Positions 30,279 to 39,071 of a DNA stretch of 64,000 bases are shown here, piece after piece. The position numbers and the translations under genes are program-made. The notes below the pieces were generated by a model, which saw nothing but the letters and a program-made list of their open reading frames with translations, made no database searches and was not told where the DNA came from. The first letter of the stretch is position 1; each line of letters starts with the position of its first letter. Origin of the DNA: Acetobacterales bacterium. GTDB lineage: Bacteria; Pseudomonadota; Alphaproteobacteria; Acetobacterales; Acetobacteraceae. The stretch is from assembly GCA_038249305.1 (NCBI GenBank), contig JBBRWI010000001.1, positions 1,172 through 65,171 on the forward strand, in the 5' to 3' direction.

Positions 30279-30968
30279 TCATGCCGACGCAGGCGATCCA
30301 TCCTGCAAGGCCATGTCGTGTTGCACCCGCTGCATGAGCGCTTCGGCCAATGCCGGCGCGTCGAACCGGCGTTCGAGTTCCTGCTGCGTGGTGACGATCT
30401 GAAACCGCAGCGCCCCCCGGATCGCAATGCCTTCGCCCTGCCGCTGATCGGCGTGGATCGGCAGGGTGGCGAAGAGAACCGCTTCCGCCAAAAGCGGCAG
30501 GCTGGTCGCGGGATAGGCCGCCTCAGCCTGCAGCCGCGCCAAATGTTGCGGCAGGGCATCGCGCGCATCCACAGCACTCGGCGCCTCCGCGGGCGGCGGC
30601 GGCTCCGCCAGGAGTGCCGTGTGATGCAAAGCCGCAAGCCGCTCGGCCAGACGCGCTTCCTGCCCCGCCGCATACGGGCGCAGATGCGCTTCGAGCAGGG
30701 CGGTCACATCGGCGAGCGATGCGAAAAATACCTGCCAACGGCAATGCGCCAGCGCCGCGAGGAAGTCTTCGTTGTTGAAGTACTCCCTCTCCCGGCGACC
30801 GGTCTTTACCCGGCAATAATCCAGCACCGTCTTCTGCGCGACATAGGCGGACTGTGCCTGGATGAAGCACGCCATTTCGGACGGGACGGCACTGCGCCGC
30901 TGCCGAAAGAGATCGAGAAGGGCCACGCGAGAGTCTCCAACGCCAGAACGATATGGCGCTCCCAGCAC
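30279..30968 (-). CDS. Hypothetical protein, no recognised domain
   Basis: 229-aa ORF with a GTG start and coding-like third-position bias. No motif recognised and the start is uncertain. Confidence 0.45.
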   Translation of the reverse strand: MLGAPYRSGVGDSRVALLDLFRQRRSAVPSEMACFIQAQSAYVAQKTVLDYCRVKTGRREREYFNNEDFLAALAHCRWQVFFASLADVTALLEAHLRPYAAGQEARLAERLAALHHTALLAEPPPPAEAPSAVDARDALPQHLARLQAEAAYPATSLPLLAEAVLFATLPIHADQRQGEGIAIRGALRFQIVTTQQELERRFDAPALAEALMQRVQHDMALQDGSPASA

Positions 30969-31061
30969 GCCATTGCCAAATCATTAAACATGAACCATTC
31001 TTAACTTACTAGTCTGCAAATCCTTCGGTAACAATGCCTTGGGATGAGCCATTGCCGAATC
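30969..31061. promoter_or_regulatory. Divergent intergenic region with a 14-nt direct repeat GCCATTGCCRAATC (30969-30982 and 31048-31061)
   Basis: 13 of 14 positions are identical, the copies are 79 bp apart, and the region is locally AT-rich. It lies upstream of the DUF4212/symporter operon. Confidence 0.3.
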
Positions 31062-31084
31062 GTGGCGCCAGGAGGAGGAAAACC

Positions 31085-31393
31085 ATGCCCTTAGTCGAGT
31101 CTGGCAATGAGCCGGAATCCGCCACCTCGGCGGCGGTGGATCCCGAAACCGCCAAGGCCTATTGGAAAAAGACATCGAATTTGATGTGGATCGTCCTGGC
31201 CATCTGGTTCGTCGCCGGTTTCGGCGTGCACCTCTTCGCGCAGACCCTGAACCCCATTCATATCCTCGGCTTCCCGTTGGGTTTCTACATGGCCGCCCAG
31301 GGCAGCCTGATCGTCTTCGTCGTCACCCTCTTCTGGTTCGCCAAGCGCCAGAACGAAATCGACGAGGAATTCGGCGTGCAGGAGGACGCGTAG
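31085..31393 (+). CDS. DUF4212 small membrane subunit of a sodium:solute symporter
   Basis: ATG at 31085 follows AGGAGGAGG. Two TM helices with WFVAGFGVHLFA...GFPLGFYMAAQGSLIVFV. Confidence 0.8.
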   Translation: MPLVESGNEPESATSAAVDPETAKAYWKKTSNLMWIVLAIWFVAGFGVHLFAQTLNPIHILGFPLGFYMAAQGSLIVFVVTLFWFAKRQNEIDEEFGVQEDA

Positions 31394-31394
31394 C

Positions 31395-33443
31395 ATGTCT
31401 GACAAGACCGGGGCCAAAGACCCCTTCATCGCTAATCTGAAGAAAATTTACATCGGCTACACCGGTGGCTTTTTGTTCTTTGTCGTCTGCCTCGCCATCC
31501 TTGAACAAATGGGCGTGCCGGATAAAATCATCGGCTACCTCTTCGTGTTTCTGACCATCGGCGTCTATGCCTATATCGGCATCATCAGCCGCACCCAGGT
31601 CGTCTCCGAATACTACGTTGCAGGGCGACGTGTTCCAGCCATCTACAACGGCATGGCAACCGGCTCCGACTGGATGTCGGCGGCGAGCTTCATCGGCATG
31701 GCGGGCAGTCTCTACGCGCTCGGCTATGGCGGTCTGGCCTTCATCCTGGGCTGGACGGGCGGCTACATGCTGGTCGCCATCCTGCTCGCACCCTACCTGC
31801 GGAAATTCGGGCAATACACGGTGCCGGACTTCCTGGGTGCGCGCTTCGGCGGCAATTGGGCGCGGGGCCTCGGCGTCATCGTGCTGCTCACCGCCTCCTT
31901 CGTTTATGTCGTGGCGCAGATCGTGGGCGTGGGCATCATCACCCAGCGCTTCCTGGAGGTCTCCTTCCTCACCGCGGTGTTCCTGGGACTGGGCGGCATT
32001 CTGGTCTGCTCCATGCTGGGCGGCATGCGCGCCGTTACCTGGACCCAGGTGGCGCAATACATCATCCTCATCATCGCCTATCTGATCCCGGCGATCCTGA
32101 TGTCGGTGAAGGTCTCGGGCGTGCCGATCCCGCAGCTCATGTACGGATTGGCGCTGGAACGGATCGAGGTGCTGGAGCAGGGCTTCCGCGCCGCCGGCAT
32201 GGTGCCGCCACCCGGCGTCACAGGCTTCCACAGTTCCCCCTTCGTTGGCGCCAACGGGCAGTTCAGCCTGAACGCCGCGGTGAATTTCTTTGCGCTGATC
32301 TTCTGCCTCATGGTCGGCACGGCCGCGTTGCCGCACGTCCTGATGCGCTATTTCACCACGCCCAGCGTGCGTGAAGCCCGCGCCTCGGTCGCCTGGTCGC
32401 TGTTCTTCATCTTCCTGCTCTACTTCACGGCGCCGGCCTATGCCGCCTTCGGCAAGCTTGAAATCTACCAGACCGTGATCGGCCAGCCGATCGCGAACCT
32501 GCCGGAATGGATCAAGAACTGGCAGATCATCTCACCTTACGGCACGCCATGGGTGAACATCGTGGACGTGAACCGCGATGGCATCGTGCAATGGGGGGAT
32601 TTCCGCATCCATCCTGACGTGGTCGTGCTGGCCACGCCGGAAATCGCGGGGTTGCCCTACGTGATCGCGGGGCTCGTGGCAGCGGGCGGCTTGGCCGCGG
32701 CACTCTCCACCGCCGACGGGCTACTGCTGGCACTCGCCAATGCGCTCAGCCACGACGTGTATTACAAGATGATCAACCGCGACGCGCCGACGGCCCGCCG
32801 CCTGATCATCTCGCGTGTGCTGCTGTTGCTCGTGGCGGTGCTGGCGGCCTGGACGGCGGGGTCCATGGGGGCGGACATCCTGTTCCTCGTGGCCTGGGCC
32901 TTCTCCATCGCGGCCGGCGGGCTCTTCGCCGCGCTTGTGATGGGGGTCTGGTACAAGAAGACGACCAACGCCGGCGCCTGCTGGGGCATGGCCGTGGGTT
33001 ACCTCGTGACCTTCTTCTACCTGATCTGGTCAGAGTTCTTCGGCCTGCACTTCATGGAGACCTTCGCCACGAAGGAGGCCATCCTGGTCGCGGCCCGCCA
33101 GACCGCGGCGCTGACGCAGGCTTCGGCCGAGCTGAAGGCCTACGCGGCCGGCCTCGTCGCCAATGCGGCGGCGATCCCGGACGGATCGCTCGCCTGGCTG
33201 GGTTCCATGTGGAGCGGCCTGCCGACAGACAGCGTGGTGCTGCGCGGGCGTGTTGTCGGGCGCGTCTGGGGCCTGAACAACATCTCGGGCGGTATCTTCG
33301 GCGTGCCCTTGTCCTTCCTGACCATCTACCTGGTCTCGAAGTTCACGACGGCACCTTCGATCGCGATGCAGAACTTCGTGGAAGACATCCGCATCCCGCG
33401 CGGCGGCGTTCGCCTCGTGGATCGCCGTGAGGCGCTGGAGTAA
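31395..33443 (+). CDS. Sodium:solute symporter family protein (VC_2705-type, DUF4212-associated)
   Basis: 682 aa, polytopic, with YYVAGRRVPAIYNGMATGSDWMSAASFIGMAG. It starts 2 nt after the DUF4212 gene. Confidence 0.85.
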   Translation: MSDKTGAKDPFIANLKKIYIGYTGGFLFFVVCLAILEQMGVPDKIIGYLFVFLTIGVYAYIGIISRTQVVSEYYVAGRRVPAIYNGMATGSDWMSAASFIGMAGSLYALGYGGLAFILGWTGGYMLVAILLAPYLRKFGQYTVPDFLGARFGGNWARGLGVIVLLTASFVYVVAQIVGVGIITQRFLEVSFLTAVFLGLGGILVCSMLGGMRAVTWTQVAQYIILIIAYLIPAILMSVKVSGVPIPQLMYGLALERIEVLEQGFRAAGMVPPPGVTGFHSSPFVGANGQFSLNAAVNFFALIFCLMVGTAALPHVLMRYFTTPSVREARASVAWSLFFIFLLYFTAPAYAAFGKLEIYQTVIGQPIANLPEWIKNWQIISPYGTPWVNIVDVNRDGIVQWGDFRIHPDVVVLATPEIAGLPYVIAGLVAAGGLAAALSTADGLLLALANALSHDVYYKMINRDAPTARRLIISRVLLLLVAVLAAWTAGSMGADILFLVAWAFSIAAGGLFAALVMGVWYKKTTNAGACWGMAVGYLVTFFYLIWSEFFGLHFMETFATKEAILVAARQTAALTQASAELKAYAAGLVANAAAIPDGSLAWLGSMWSGLPTDSVVLRGRVVGRVWGLNNISGGIFGVPLSFLTIYLVSKFTTAPSIAMQNFVEDIRIPRGGVRLVDRREALE

Positions 33444-33469
33444 ACAACCCTGCCGTTTGGGGGTAACAG

Positions 33470-33502
33470 GGGCGGGCGCATCAAGCGCCCGCCCTCTTTT
33501 TT
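33470..33502 (+). terminator. Rho-independent terminator after the symporter
   Basis: 10-bp GC stem GGGCGGGCGC/GCGCCCGCCC with a 5-nt loop, followed by CTTTTTT. Confidence 0.8.
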
Positions 33503-33532
33503 GCGCCCCATTTTTGCGTCACAGCAGGACCC

Positions 33533-33853
33533 ATGGAACAGCCGCATTTCGTCTTCGGGCATCTGCCTTTCTGGCTCATTACCTATACGCTGGCGCTGAC
33601 GGCCTGGGGCTGTATCGGGCGTTTCATGATGGCTTTCTTCCTGCCCCCGGAGTCCCCCAACTACATCTGGCGCGGCTTTCGCCTGCTGAGCGACTGGGCC
33701 GTCTGGTCCGCCGCCCGCCTCGTGCCAAGCTACGTGGCACCGCTCTATCTGCCGCTGATTGCCGCCTTCTGGCTCTTCGCGCTGCGCAGCGTCCTGGGCA
33801 TCCTCATGATCTCGGCTGGCTGGGCGCCGCGCCTCATGCCGGCGGGGGGCTGA
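33533..33853 (+). CDS. Small membrane protein, unknown (weakly YggT-like)
   Basis: 106 aa with about 3 hydrophobic segments. Confidence 0.45.
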   Translation: MEQPHFVFGHLPFWLITYTLALTAWGCIGRFMMAFFLPPESPNYIWRGFRLLSDWAVWSAARLVPSYVAPLYLPLIAAFWLFALRSVLGILMISAGWAPRLMPAGG

Positions 33854-33856
33854 GCC

Positions 33857-34147
33857 ATGACGCCGCAGGGCATTTTCGTTACCATCGTCGCCGTCTGCCT
33901 CATCAACGGCTTCATCTCGCCCATGCTGCCGGTGGTCTGGCACCTGCACCCGGTCTGGATGCCGGAGATGATGCCCTCCACGCGTGAGACGATCTTCTAT
34001 GGCGCGAGCCTGATCGTCTCCACCGGCACCATGCTGCTCTCCGCCGTTCCCGGCGCGATCGGTGAGCGCCTTGGACTTTCGCTGATCAACGCCATGTGGT
34101 TGTGGCTCGGCGCGGCGATGCTGCTCGTGCTATCAGGCTTACGCTGA
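33857..34147 (+). CDS. Small membrane protein, unknown
   Basis: 96 aa with about 3 hydrophobic segments. It starts 4 nt after the previous ORF. Confidence 0.45.
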   Translation: MTPQGIFVTIVAVCLINGFISPMLPVVWHLHPVWMPEMMPSTRETIFYGASLIVSTGTMLLSAVPGAIGERLGLSLINAMWLWLGAAMLLVLSGLR

Positions 34148-34193
34148 AGGCGTCCCTTCGGCCTATGCTGGAGCGCTTTCGCGGGAGGCTCCG

Positions 34194-34577
34194 GTGGAAA
34201 AGCTGCACGCATTCGCCGACATCTCCATCCGCCGCGCCTGCGGCTTTGCCGGTCTGGCGATGGTGACGGTAATGATCTCGCTCTCCTTCGACCCGATTTT
34301 GGCCTTCCGCACCGGTGCCGAGATCGCGGCGATCCTCGCCCTGGGCCTGGCCTTCGCGGCCTGGCGCACGCCGCGGCGCAACATGCGCCATACGGAGGTC
34401 TATGCCATGCTGCGTGGCGATGGCGTGCCGTCGAACTGGCTGAAGGCCGAGGCGAACTGCGCGCAGATCGCCGCCGTGCTGCGGACGCGCCTTGCCTGGC
34501 ATGCCGAGCGCGTGGCGGTCATGGCGGTGGTCCTCTGGGGTCTGGCCCTGCTGTCCTGGTTGGCGGAGAGCCTGTAG
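34194..34577 (+). CDS. Small membrane protein, unknown
   Basis: 127 aa with 3 predicted TM segments. Confidence 0.45.
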   Translation: MEKLHAFADISIRRACGFAGLAMVTVMISLSFDPILAFRTGAEIAAILALGLAFAAWRTPRRNMRHTEVYAMLRGDGVPSNWLKAEANCAQIAAVLRTRLAWHAERVAVMAVVLWGLALLSWLAESL

Positions 34578-34621
34578 CCCCCTTTCAGCACGCCGGTTCG
34601 ACCGAGACGGCCAGCGCTTCC

Positions 34622-34729
34622 CCTAGAGCAATATCGGATCAGATGGAATCATCTGATCCGATTTCTTGCTCTAGATTCAACGGCTTCTAGAGCACGAGAT
34701 CGATCCACTTGGATCGATCGTGCTCTAAG
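34622..34729. repeat. 108-bp double-hairpin REP/MITE-like element, copy 2 (inverted relative to copy 1)
   Basis: Exact reverse complement of 1263..1370 by base-by-base comparison. Confidence 0.9.
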
Positions 34730-35217
34730 GCAATCTCCACCCATTGGCCGACGCGGATGTCGCGCAGCAGAGCCTGCATTTCCGGACGGCGCACCGCGGC
34801 CAGGCGCGGCTGGCCCTTCGGGCCCACGAAGCCCACCGTATTCGCTGTCGTATCGACCGAGGTGATCGTCACCCGCACCCGGACCTGGTCGCCCACAGCG
34901 CCCGCGGGGCGCTGACCCGGTTCCGCGCGTATGGCCACGAATTCGGCCGAGGGCGTGGCGCGCCGGTCGGAACGATCTGTGCCGCGACCGCCTGGAACTG
35001 CGTCACCGTCACCCGGTCGCCGGAACGGATCTGGTCGAAGTTGCGCACGCCGGCGCCGACGCGCAGCGTCAGCAGCGGGCCTGCCTGGCCGCGCACCAGC
35101 ACCTCGCGGGCGGTCCATCGTCTCGGCGATCCCGACCAGGGTGATTTCGTCAGCGCAGGCGGCCGAAGCCTGGCACACGGCCAACAGCGGCAGCAGATGG
35201 GCGGTGCAGTGGCGCAT
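34687..35217 (-). pseudogene. Secreted two-domain protein, apparently disrupted by two frameshifts
   Basis: The signal peptide MRHCTAHLLPLLAVCQASAACA and the C-terminal domain are in one frame. The protein-like middle (LVRGQAGPLLTLRVGAGVRNFDQIRSGDRVTVTQFQAV) is in another frame (ORF 34869..35102). The last 13 codons are read from the repeat element. Confidence 0.35.
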
Positions 35218-35295
35218 GGGGATTCTGCGCGCGATGGTCGTAAAGGCTGGGGCGCCTGGCGCCGTCAGCAGCAAGCGGTTCGCAAATGCGCCGGA

Positions 35296-36762
35296 TCAAG
35301 GCCGCGTGGCGACGACCCGCCGCCGTGGTGCCGGGACGGCTGACGGCGACGGTGCCAGCCCTTCCGCCATGCCGCGCAGCACCGGATTTTCCGCTACCAA
35401 CCGTTCGCCATAAGCAACGAGCGCCACCACATCCTCAGCCGGGATGCTGAGGCCGGTCGGGATCGACTGCAGCCGCGCCCGTTCCACAGGATCGTCGATC
35501 CCGGACAGGGCCACATGCACCAGCGCGCCCTGCACGTCACCGCAGGGCCGGCCGTCGATCACCGGCGCTTCCCGGCAGCGGAACGCCGCCATCCGCTCGG
35601 CCAGCCCCTTCACCTGCGTTTCGGCCAGCAGCAGCGTTTCGAAATTGTAGCTGTCGATCTGCGTGCCCGAGACGGCGCCGAAGATGTTGGACAACCCGTT
35701 GACCAGGCGTTGCTGGCCGAGCGTCGGGTCGGGGGCCGCCTGCCCATCGACGCTGATGACCAGGATGCGGCGGGTGCGGCGGGCGATGTTTCGGAACACG
35801 CCATCGCCGTCGTCAAGCGCGATGAACGTGTTCAGCATCCCGCGCAGCGCCAGGTTGTCGGCGATGCCGCCATCCATCAGGTGTACCCAGCGCGTGCGGT
35901 CGGGATCGGCGTAGCGGTTGGCGATGCGGGCGAGTTGGGCGCGCCGGGCTTCCTCGCTGCGCGGATCGGCCCAGGCCGACGGCGGCGCCAGCGGCGGCCG
36001 CTGCCCACCGCAGAGGCTTACGTGGTTCTCCAGCGTAATCGGGCTGAACAACACGGGAAATCCGTTCGACGCGGCGACCGCGCGCGACACCGGGAACCTG
36101 TTCAGGTCCGAACACAGCAGCCCGAAATTGGTGCCCAGGAAGGGGAAGGAGACCCCATTGGCGATGTCGGTCGCGTTGACCGAGATCAGTGGCCGGCCCC
36201 GCCGCGCCAGATCGCCATAGGTGGCACGGCGAAACATCAGCGTGTCATAGACCTGCGCCATGCGGTCGTTGGTGCCGAAGAAGGGATTGACGATCCAGTC
36301 CCAGTTCCACGGCAGCAGCCAGGCGCCGTAGATATATGCGTTGATGTCCACGTTCAGGAATTCGGCGGGAAACGTCTCGAAGCTGCGGTCGCGGTAGAGC
36401 CCGTAGTGCATCGCCGGGAAACTGCCGCCCGAGACGCCGGAGATGTAATCGACCAGATCCAGCAACCGGCGTTCGGGCTGGCCGTCGCGTCGCACCGGTA
36501 TGCCGCGCAGGCCGCGCAGCACGCCATGCGCGAAGGCGGCCGAACGCTTGCCGCCGCCCGAGAAGGCGACGAAGACAAGCAGGTCATCGCCGTCTTCGTC
36601 GCTGTCGCGCATCAGGTTCAGCAGGCCGTAGTTGGCGGCGTAGTCCGGTGGCCCCGCCGCGGTCATCGCGAGCGGCTGGTTCATCGGCACCTGCACGCTG
36701 CCGCAAGCGCCGAGCGCCAGCAGCAGCAAGGCCGCGAGACTGTTTGTCACCCGACCCGGCAT
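35296..36762 (-). CDS. Patatin-like phospholipase lipoprotein
   Basis: ATG at 36762 follows GGAGGGG. Lipobox LALGAC, oxyanion GGGKRS, nucleophile GVSGGS and catalytic DGGIADN. Confidence 0.85.
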   Translation of the reverse strand: MPGRVTNSLAALLLLALGACGSVQVPMNQPLAMTAAGPPDYAANYGLLNLMRDSDEDGDDLLVFVAFSGGGKRSAAFAHGVLRGLRGIPVRRDGQPERRLLDLVDYISGVSGGSFPAMHYGLYRDRSFETFPAEFLNVDINAYIYGAWLLPWNWDWIVNPFFGTNDRMAQVYDTLMFRRATYGDLARRGRPLISVNATDIANGVSFPFLGTNFGLLCSDLNRFPVSRAVAASNGFPVLFSPITLENHVSLCGGQRPPLAPPSAWADPRSEEARRAQLARIANRYADPDRTRWVHLMDGGIADNLALRGMLNTFIALDDGDGVFRNIARRTRRILVISVDGQAAPDPTLGQQRLVNGLSNIFGAVSGTQIDSYNFETLLLAETQVKGLAERMAAFRCREAPVIDGRPCGDVQGALVHVALSGIDDPVERARLQSIPTGLSIPAEDVVALVAYGERLVAENPVLRGMAEGLAPSPSAVPAPRRRVVATRP

Positions 36763-36797
36763 GCCGCATCCCCTCCGCTTCTGGCAGCCTATACGGT

Positions 36798-38240
36798 TCA
36801 GGCCAGCACGTAGGCCGTCTTCACCATCGTGTAGAATTCCCGCGCATAGGCGCCCTGTTCGCGCGGGCCGTAGGAGGAGCCTTTCCGCCCGCCGAAGGGC
36901 ACATGGTAATCCACCCCGGCCGTCGGCAGGTTGACCATCACCATCCCCGCCTGCGCCGCCCGCTGGAAATGCCGCGCGTGCTTCAGGCTGGTCGTACAGA
37001 TGCCTGAGGACAGGCCGAATTCTGTGTCGTTCGCCGCGACCAATGCCGCGTCGTAGTCCTTCACCCGCTGCACGCTGGCGACCGGGCCGAAGATTTCCTC
37101 GCGCGCGATCCGCATGGTGGGTGCGGTGCCGGTGAACAGGGCCGGTTGCAGGTAGAAACCCTTCTTGGGGCGGTTCAGCACCTCGCCGCCAAAGGCCAGG
37201 GTCGCGCCTTCCTTGCGACCGACCTCGATGTAGTCGAGGTCCTGCTGGAACTGCGCCGCATCGACGACCGGGCCGATATCGGTGCCGGCGGCCAGCGCGT
37301 CGTCCACCTTCAGCGCCTGCATCTTCTCGATCACCGCCGCGACGAAGCGGTCGTGGATGCCCTCGGTCACGATGAAGCGGGACGATGCGGTGCAGCGTTG
37401 TCCGGTCGAGAAGAACGCGCCGTTCACAGCACACCCCACCGCGACCCCGAGGTCGGCATCGTCCAGCACGACCAGCGGGTTCTTGCCGCCCATCTCCAAC
37501 TGCACCTTGGCCCCGCGCGCCACGCATTTCTGCGCGATGGCGCGGCCGGTGCCGACCGACCCCGTGAAGGTCACGGCATCGACATCCGGGCTGTTCACGA
37601 TGACATCGCCGACCACGCTGCCCTTGCCGCAGACCAGGTTCAGCACGCCCTTCGGCAGGCCTGCGCGGTGCAGGATATCGACCAGCGCCGAGGCCGATCC
37701 CGGCACCAGCTCCGCCGGCTTGATGACGATGCAATTGCCATAGGCCAGGGCCGGCGCGATCTTCCAGGCCGGGATCGCGATCGGAAAGTTCCACGGCGTG
37801 ATCATGCCGATCACGCCGACCGGTTCGCGGGTGATCTCGATATGCACGCCGGGGCGGGTGCTGGTCGCCACCTCGCCATTCAGGCGCAGCGCTTCGCCCG
37901 CGAAAAACTTCAGTATCTGGCCGGCACGGGTCGCCTCGCCGATGCCTTCGGGCAAGGTCTTGCCTTCCTCACGCGACAATAGCCGGCCCAACTCCTCGCG
38001 CCGGGCCAGGACTTCGGTGCCGGCCGCGTCCAGGATATCGAAGCGGGCCTGGGGGCTCGCGGCGGCCCAGGCCGGGAAGGCGGCGCGGGCCGCGGCGATG
38101 GCGGCCTGGGCGTCGGCGGCGCTGCCGCTCGGGTAGGCGCCGATGATGTCGGAGGTGTCGGAGGGGTTGATGTTGTCGATCATGCGGTCGGCCTTGACCC
38201 ACTCGCCGGCGATCAGGTTGCCGTGGCTGCCTTCGGGCAT
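36798..38240 (-). CDS. NAD(P)+-dependent aldehyde dehydrogenase
   Basis: 480 aa with the ALDH Glu motif LEMGGKNP and FSTGQRCTA (catalytic Cys). Confidence 0.85.
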   Translation of the reverse strand: MPEGSHGNLIAGEWVKADRMIDNINPSDTSDIIGAYPSGSAADAQAAIAAARAAFPAWAAASPQARFDILDAAGTEVLARREELGRLLSREEGKTLPEGIGEATRAGQILKFFAGEALRLNGEVATSTRPGVHIEITREPVGVIGMITPWNFPIAIPAWKIAPALAYGNCIVIKPAELVPGSASALVDILHRAGLPKGVLNLVCGKGSVVGDVIVNSPDVDAVTFTGSVGTGRAIAQKCVARGAKVQLEMGGKNPLVVLDDADLGVAVGCAVNGAFFSTGQRCTASSRFIVTEGIHDRFVAAVIEKMQALKVDDALAAGTDIGPVVDAAQFQQDLDYIEVGRKEGATLAFGGEVLNRPKKGFYLQPALFTGTAPTMRIAREEIFGPVASVQRVKDYDAALVAANDTEFGLSSGICTTSLKHARHFQRAAQAGMVMVNLPTAGVDYHVPFGGRKGSSYGPREQGAYAREFYTMVKTAYVLA

Positions 38241-38273
38241 TGGTTTTCTCCCTTGTTCATTGGGCCGGACGTG

Positions 38274-39071
38274 TCAGTCGCGGTCGTTCATCGCGCGCAG
38301 GGTCGGCAGGCCGATGCCAGCGGCCTCGAAGCCACCATCCACCGCCAGGATCTGCCCGGTGATGTAGGTCGCGCGGTCGCTGCACAGATAGAAGATGGCA
38401 TCCGCCAACTCACTCTCCAACCCATAGCGGTTGAGCGGCACGGCGGCGTGGTAATCGGCGCGGATCTGCGCCGTATGCACCGCGGCCGCCATCGCCGTAT
38501 CGACCGGGCCTGGTGCGACCGCATTGACCCTAATGCCGACGTTGGCGAGTTCGACCGCCTGCTGCCTGGTCAGATGCGCCAGCCCCGCCTTGCTGGTGCC
38601 ATAGGCGACCCGCAGCGTGGAGGCGCGCAGGCCGGAGATGGATGTCACATTGACCACCGCCCCGCCGCCATGCGCCAGCATCAGCGGCACCGCCGCCTGC
38701 GTCATCAGGAACGGCCCGGTCAAATTCACCGCCATCACCCGCGCCCAATCCTCGGGCGTCGTCTGTTGCAGCGGCTTGAAGATCGCGATGCCGGCATTGT
38801 TCACCAGCGCGTCCAGCCGGCCGAAGCGTTCGGCCAGCAGACGCAGCGCCTCGGCCACCGCCGCCGCATCCGACACGTCGCAGACCAGCGCCATGGTCCG
38901 CGCCGGCAGGGCGATATCGGCCATCGCCGCGGCGATCGTCGCCGGGTCGTTGTCCAGCAGCGCGACACGATAGCCCTCGGCCAGGAAGCGCCGCACCGCC
39001 GCCAGCCCGATGCCGCGCGCGGCACCGGTGACCAAAGCGACGCGGGGGGTGTCAGATGTCGGCGTAGACAT
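38274..39071 (-). CDS. Short-chain dehydrogenase/reductase
   Basis: TGAARGIG cofactor motif, NNAG, and YGTSK (YxxxK). Confidence 0.85.
   Translation of the reverse strand: MSTPTSDTPRVALVTGAARGIGLAAVRRFLAEGYRVALLDNDPATIAAAMADIALPARTMALVCDVSDAAAVAEALRLLAERFGRLDALVNNAGIAIFKPLQQTTPEDWARVMAVNLTGPFLMTQAAVPLMLAHGGGAVVNVTSISGLRASTLRVAYGTSKAGLAHLTRQQAVELANVGIRVNAVAPGPVDTAMAAAVHTAQIRADYHAAVPLNRYGLESELADAIFYLCSDRATYITGQILAVDGGFEAAGIGLPTLRAMNDRD

Noticed and set aside
35296-36762. Patatin-like phospholipase as a possible CBASS-type (CapV-like) defence effector.
   Set aside because: It has a lipoprotein signal, so it is exported. There is no adjacent cyclase/nucleotidyltransferase, E1/E2/JAB or other defence gene. 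The neighbours are an aldehyde dehydrogenase and a decayed secreted protein.
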